Shown: positions 60,012-64,000 of the stretch, piece by piece | How the letters are laid out: the number at the start of each line of letters is the position of its first letter | Numbering within the stretch: the first letter of the stretch is position 1 | NCBI GenBank assembly: GCA_963842525.1 | Contig: CAWJGT010000034.1 | Coordinates: 160,001-224,000, forward strand | Direction of reading: 5' to 3' | Origin: an uncultured Holophagales bacterium | GTDB taxonomy: Bacteria; Acidobacteriota; Thermoanaerobaculia; Multivoradales; UBA5704 | Length of the DNA stretch: 64,000 bases | Notes under the pieces: model-generated | Seen by the model: the letters and a program-made list of their open reading frames with translations, nothing else | The model's database searches: none | What the model was told of the DNA's origin: nothing | Program-made: the position numbers and the translations under genes

Positions 60012-63000
60012 ATGAATGCCTCAGAGTTGTCTCGGAGGTTGTGCAGGAAGGTGGGCCTGCTCGCCCTGCTCCTGGGAGCCGCGATGGCCAGCGGGCTCTG
60101 GGCGGTCGAGCCCAAGGAGCCTGCCTCGTACCTGGACCAGAAGGCGTTCTTCAAACCGGAGCTGTACATCAGCAGCTCGCAGGTGCCTGTCGAGCAGATC
60201 CTGCAGGCTCTGCCCAACCGCACGGCATGGACGCGCTTCCTGGCGGACGAAGAGGTCCGGTTCGCCGGCGTCTCCTCCCGGGGCAAGGCCAAGGCCTTCA
60301 TCGACCCCCGGTCGGGAGCCGCCACCAGCATCGTGGCTGCATTTCCCCTCATCCCGGGCCGCGGCGTCGGCAACACCATCAGGCTGGCGGACATGTCCGC
60401 GACCCTCGGGCGCCCCGTCCGCAAGGTCGACGCTCCGGCGGTTTCCGACGTCGTGCTCGCCTTCATCCGCCAGAACCTCGGTCTGCTCGGCATTGAAGAA
60501 GCCCAGCTCGGCAGCATCAAGACCGTCGAGGTCACGCCCGAGCTCTGGCAGGTCCGCATCCCCCAGAGCTATAAGGGGGTCCCGGTGCGTCACGGGCACC
60601 TGGTGGCTTCGCTCAACCACGGCAACCTGGTCTTGATCGGCACCGAGACCTGGGGCAACGTCCGGGGCCTCAACACGAAGCCGGCCCTCGATGCGGCGGC
60701 GGCCGTCGCCGCCGGCTATCAGCACGTGGGCGGCGCCTCGTCCATGGATGAGGTCAAGCGACCGCCGGTCCTGGAGATCATCCCCGTGGCGGCCAGCACC
60801 GGCGGCCCGGGAGGCGCCGGCTACGGTCACGTTCTGGCCTGGACCTTCTCGTTCCGCCGTCCGCCGGACGAGGCCGTCTGGGAAATGATCGTCAACGCCC
60901 ACACCGGCGAGGTGCTCTCCTTCCAGGACACCAACCACTACGTCAACCACCAGATCACCGGCGGCGTCTATCCGATCACCAGCACGGAGATCTGCCCGAC
61001 CAACGGCTCCTGCGGCATCATGCAGAGCGGCTGGCCGATGCCGTTCGCCGACACCGGCCTGGCGTCGCCCAACAACTTCACCAACAGCGCCGGCATCTTC
61101 GACTGGACCAGCGGCACGACGGCGACGACGCTGACCGGCCGTTACGTGGACATCGTCGACTCCTGCGGCGCCGTCAACAACACCTCGACGACCGGCTCGA
61201 TCAGCCTCGGGGGCACCAACGGCCAGCACGACTGCACCACGGGCGGCGGCAGCGCCGGCAACACCGCGGCCTCGCGCACGGCGTTCTACGAGACCAACAA
61301 GCTCGCGGAGATGGCGCGCGGCTGGCTGCCGAGCAACACCTGGCTGCAGGCGCGGCTGACCACCAACGTCAACCTGAACCTGACCTGCAACGCCTTCTGG
61401 AACGGCTCGTCGATCAACTTCTACCGCTCGGGCGGCGGCTGCCGGAACACCGGCGAGATCGCCGGCGTGTTCGACCACGAGTGGGGGCATGGCATGGACG
61501 ACAACGACAGCGGCGGGTCGCTGTCCAGCTCGAGCGAGGCCTATGCCGACGTGGCCGCGATCTACCGCCTGCAGGCCTCCTGCGTCGGCCACGGCTTCTT
61601 CTGGACGAGCAACCGCGGCTGCGGCCAGACGGCGGACGGCACGGGCTTCAACAACAACGAGGCGCTGACCGGCGCCGCCTACTGCGCCACCGACTGCTCG
61701 GGCGTGCGCGACGCCGACTGGGTGAAGCACAACCCGAGCACGCCGGCCACGGCGCTCGGCTTCGTCTGCGGCCAATGCACCACCGGCCCCGGCCCGTGCG
61801 GACGCCAGGTGCACTGCTCCGCGGCGCCGTCGCGCCAGGCGGCCTGGGACTTCGCGGCGCGCGACCTGCAGGCCGCGCCGTTCAACCTCGACAGCCAGAC
61901 GGCCTTCATCGTCGCCAACCGGATCTTCTACCACGGCAGCGGCAACATCGGAGCCTGGCACGCCTGCACCTGCGGCTCCTCGTCCAGCGGCTGCGGTGCG
62001 ACGAACGCCTACATGCAGTGGCTCACGGCGGACGACGACAACGGCAACCTGAACGACGGCACGCCGCACATGACGGCGCTTTTCGCCGCCTTCAACCGCC
62101 ATGGCATCGCCTGCGCCACGCCGACGGCGGTCAACAGCGGCTGCGGCAGCGGGCCGACCGTGGCGCCCACCCTCTCCGCCACGGCAGGCAACTTCCAGGC
62201 CTCTCTGTCGTGGAACACGGTCGCCGGAGCGACCCGGTACTGGGTCTTCCGCTCCGAGGGGCACGCCGGCTGCGACTTCGGCAAGACCAAGATCGCGGAG
62301 GTGACCGGCACGTCCTTCATCGACACCCAGGTGGCGAACGGCCGCAACTACTACTACAACGTGGTGGCCGCGGGAGCCTCCAACGCCTGCTCCGGCCGGG
62401 CCAGCAACTGCACGACCGTGACTCCGGCGGGATCGGTCACGCCGGACTTCTCGGTCGCCTGCAGCCCGTCAGGCCTCTCCTCCGGCCAGGGCGGCACTGC
62501 CACGAGCACCTGCACGGTCTCCTCGCAGAACGGCTTCAACAGCGCCGTCACCCTGTCGTGCACGGGCCTGCCGAGCGGCGCGAGCTGCGGCTTCGTCGCC
62601 AACCCGGTGACTCCGCCGGCCAACGGCAGTGTCAACAGCACGCTGACCGTGACGGTGTCCGGCTCGACGGCGACCGGCACCTTCCCCTTCACAGTCCAGG
62701 GCGTGGGCGGCTCGCTCACCCGCACCACCAGCCTTTCCCTCACCGTGACGCCTCCGGGCCCGACGACCGTCTTCTTCGACAACTTCGAAACGAGCCAGGG
62801 CTGGACCACCAACCCGAACAGCACGGACACGGCCACCACGGGCCTGTGGGAGCGGGGTGACCCCGAGACCACGACCTCCAGCGGCACGAAGCAGCTCGGC
62901 ACCGCCTTCAGCGGCACCAACGACCTGGTGACCGGCCGGCTGGCCGGCGCCTCGGCGGGCGACCACGACATCGACAGCGGCGTGACCAGGATCCAGTCCC

Positions 63001-63302
63001 CCGCCATCACCCTGCCCTCGACAGGCAACCTCACCCTGACGTTCTCCTACTACCTGGCGCACGGCACCAACTCCTCGACCGCCGACTTCCTGCGCGTCAG
63101 CGTGGTCGGCAGCACGACCTCACAGGTCCTCCAGGAGCTGGGCGCCGCCAACGACGACGACGCGGTCTGGGCAGCCTCGCCGGCCATCAGCCTCAACAGC
63201 TTCGCCGGCCAGACGGTCCGCATCCTCATCGAGGCGGCGGACGCCTCCACGGCCAGCCTGGTGGAGGCCGCCGTCGACGACGTGAGGATCACCCAGCAGT
63301 AG
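60012..63302 (+). CDS. Large secreted gluzincin (M4/M36-like) protease with propeptide, Cys-rich catalytic region, FN3/Ig-like and C-terminal beta-sandwich domains
   Basis: QSYKGVPV and VNAHTGEVL propeptide; CNAFW, HEWGHG, SEAYAD. Confidence 0.85.
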   Translation: MNASELSRRLCRKVGLLALLLGAAMASGLWAVEPKEPASYLDQKAFFKPELYISSSQVPVEQILQALPNRTAWTRFLADEEVRFAGVSSRGKAKAFIDPRSGAATSIVAAFPLIPGRGVGNTIRLADMSATLGRPVRKVDAPAVSDVVLAFIRQNLGLLGIEEAQLGSIKTVEVTPELWQVRIPQSYKGVPVRHGHLVASLNHGNLVLIGTETWGNVRGLNTKPALDAAAAVAAGYQHVGGASSMDEVKRPPVLEIIPVAASTGGPGGAGYGHVLAWTFSFRRPPDEAVWEMIVNAHTGEVLSFQDTNHYVNHQITGGVYPITSTEICPTNGSCGIMQSGWPMPFADTGLASPNNFTNSAGIFDWTSGTTATTLTGRYVDIVDSCGAVNNTSTTGSISLGGTNGQHDCTTGGGSAGNTAASRTAFYETNKLAEMARGWLPSNTWLQARLTTNVNLNLTCNAFWNGSSINFYRSGGGCRNTGEIAGVFDHEWGHGMDDNDSGGSLSSSSEAYADVAAIYRLQASCVGHGFFWTSNRGCGQTADGTGFNNNEALTGAAYCATDCSGVRDADWVKHNPSTPATALGFVCGQCTTGPGPCGRQVHCSAAPSRQAAWDFAARDLQAAPFNLDSQTAFIVANRIFYHGSGNIGAWHACTCGSSSSGCGATNAYMQWLTADDDNGNLNDGTPHMTALFAAFNRHGIACATPTAVNSGCGSGPTVAPTLSATAGNFQASLSWNTVAGATRYWVFRSEGHAGCDFGKTKIAEVTGTSFIDTQVANGRNYYYNVVAAGASNACSGRASNCTTVTPAGSVTPDFSVACSPSGLSSGQGGTATSTCTVSSQNGFNSAVTLSCTGLPSGASCGFVANPVTPPANGSVNSTLTVTVSGSTATGTFPFTVQGVGGSLTRTTSLSLTVTPPGPTTVFFDNFETSQGWTTNPNSTDTATTGLWERGDPETTTSSGTKQLGTAFSGTNDLVTGRLAGASAGDHDIDSGVTRIQSPAITLPSTGNLTLTFSYYLAHGTNSSTADFLRVSVVGSTTSQVLQELGAANDDDAVWAASPAISLNSFAGQTVRILIEAADASTASLVEAAVDDVRITQQ

Positions 63303-63327
63303 CGGGCGGTCCCATCTCCTCTCCCCG

Positions 63328-63356
63328 CCCCTCTCCTCCAGCACGGAGGAGAGGGG
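63328..63356 (+). terminator. GC-rich hairpin after the protease gene
   Basis: CTCTCCTCC-AGCAC-GGAGGAGAG. Confidence 0.45.
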
Positions 63357-63402
63357 CCCCTCCCTTTACTCGGCCTCGCGGGTCGAGCTAGATTCTCCCG
63401 CC

Positions 63403-64000
63403 ATGGGACGCATCTTCGAAACCAGAAAGCACACGATGTTCGCCCGCTGGGACCGGATGGCGAAGCAGTTCGCCCGGATCGGCAAGGAGATCGTCATCGC
63501 CGTCCGGGCGGGCGGACCCGACCCGGTGAGCAATCCGCTGTTGCGACGCGTCGTCCAGAACGCGCGCGCCGTCAACATGCCCAAGGACAAGGTGGATGCG
63601 GCGATCCGGCGCGCCTCGGGCAAGGAGGCGGAAAGCTATGAAGAAATCGTCTACGAGGGCTACGGCCCGCACGGCATCGCCGTCCTCGTCGAGACCGCGA
63701 CCAACAACACGACACGCACTGTCTCGAATGTGCGCTCTCACTTCAACAAGGGCGGCGGCAACCTCGCGACGTCCGGCAGCGTCAGCTTCCTGTTCAAGCG
63801 GATGGGCGTCTTCCGGCTGAACCCGGAGGGCCTCGACCCCGACGAGCTGGAGATGGAGCTGATCGACCACGGGCTCGAGGAGATGGGCGAGAGCACGGGC
63901 GAAAAAGGCGAGCCGCAGCTCGTGATCCGCGTCGCGTTCGGCGACTTCGGCACGATGCAGAAGACGCTGGAAGACCGCGGCATCACGCCCCTCTCGGCCG
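63403..64000 (+). CDS. yebC: YebC/PmpR family protein (partial)
   Basis: [41 protein letters not shown]...F.KGGG. Confidence 0.9.
   Translation, partial: MGRIFETRKHTMFARWDRMAKQFARIGKEIVIAVRAGGPDPVSNPLLRRVVQNARAVNMPKDKVDAAIRRASGKEAESYEEIVYEGYGPHGIAVLVETATNNTTRTVSNVRSHFNKGGGNLATSGSVSFLFKRMGVFRLNPEGLDPDELEMELIDHGLEEMGESTGEKGEPQLVIRVAFGDFGTMQKTLEDRGITPLSA

Overview
High-GC bacterial DNA; gene content suggests Acidobacteriota (Thermoanaerobaculia-like), which is an inference. The left ~28 kb is one minus-strand, tightly coupled cluster with many ATGA overlaps, preceded by two atypical LuxR regulators. It encodes lipid-related proteins (two patatins, FadL-type porin, cholesterol-oxidase-like GMC enzyme, an ABC1/UbiB kinase plus a pseudokinase copy, a catalytically degenerate SGNH domain), two DUF4331 proteins, an orphan ParA and several unnamed paralog families. 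Four of its proteins share an N-terminal 'RELxKSxxxFSWAMxLFG' helical module. The right half is accessory. It holds a GspE/PilB ATPase whose 5' and 3' ends are duplicated around cargo genes, a SIR2-like/STAND/TIR operon linked by a shared EAD11-like domain, three toxin-antitoxin pairs, and AbiV next to an attC-like site. It also holds a hidden CxxU (TGA) HMA selenoprotein candidate, two Cys-rich leader ORFs ahead of metal-transport genes, an orphan lanthipeptide-like precursor, a CusCBA-type efflux system, a TIR-PASTA protein and secreted metalloproteases. Three single-base frameshifts look like sequencing errors. All calls come from motif recognition by eye; no database searches were run.
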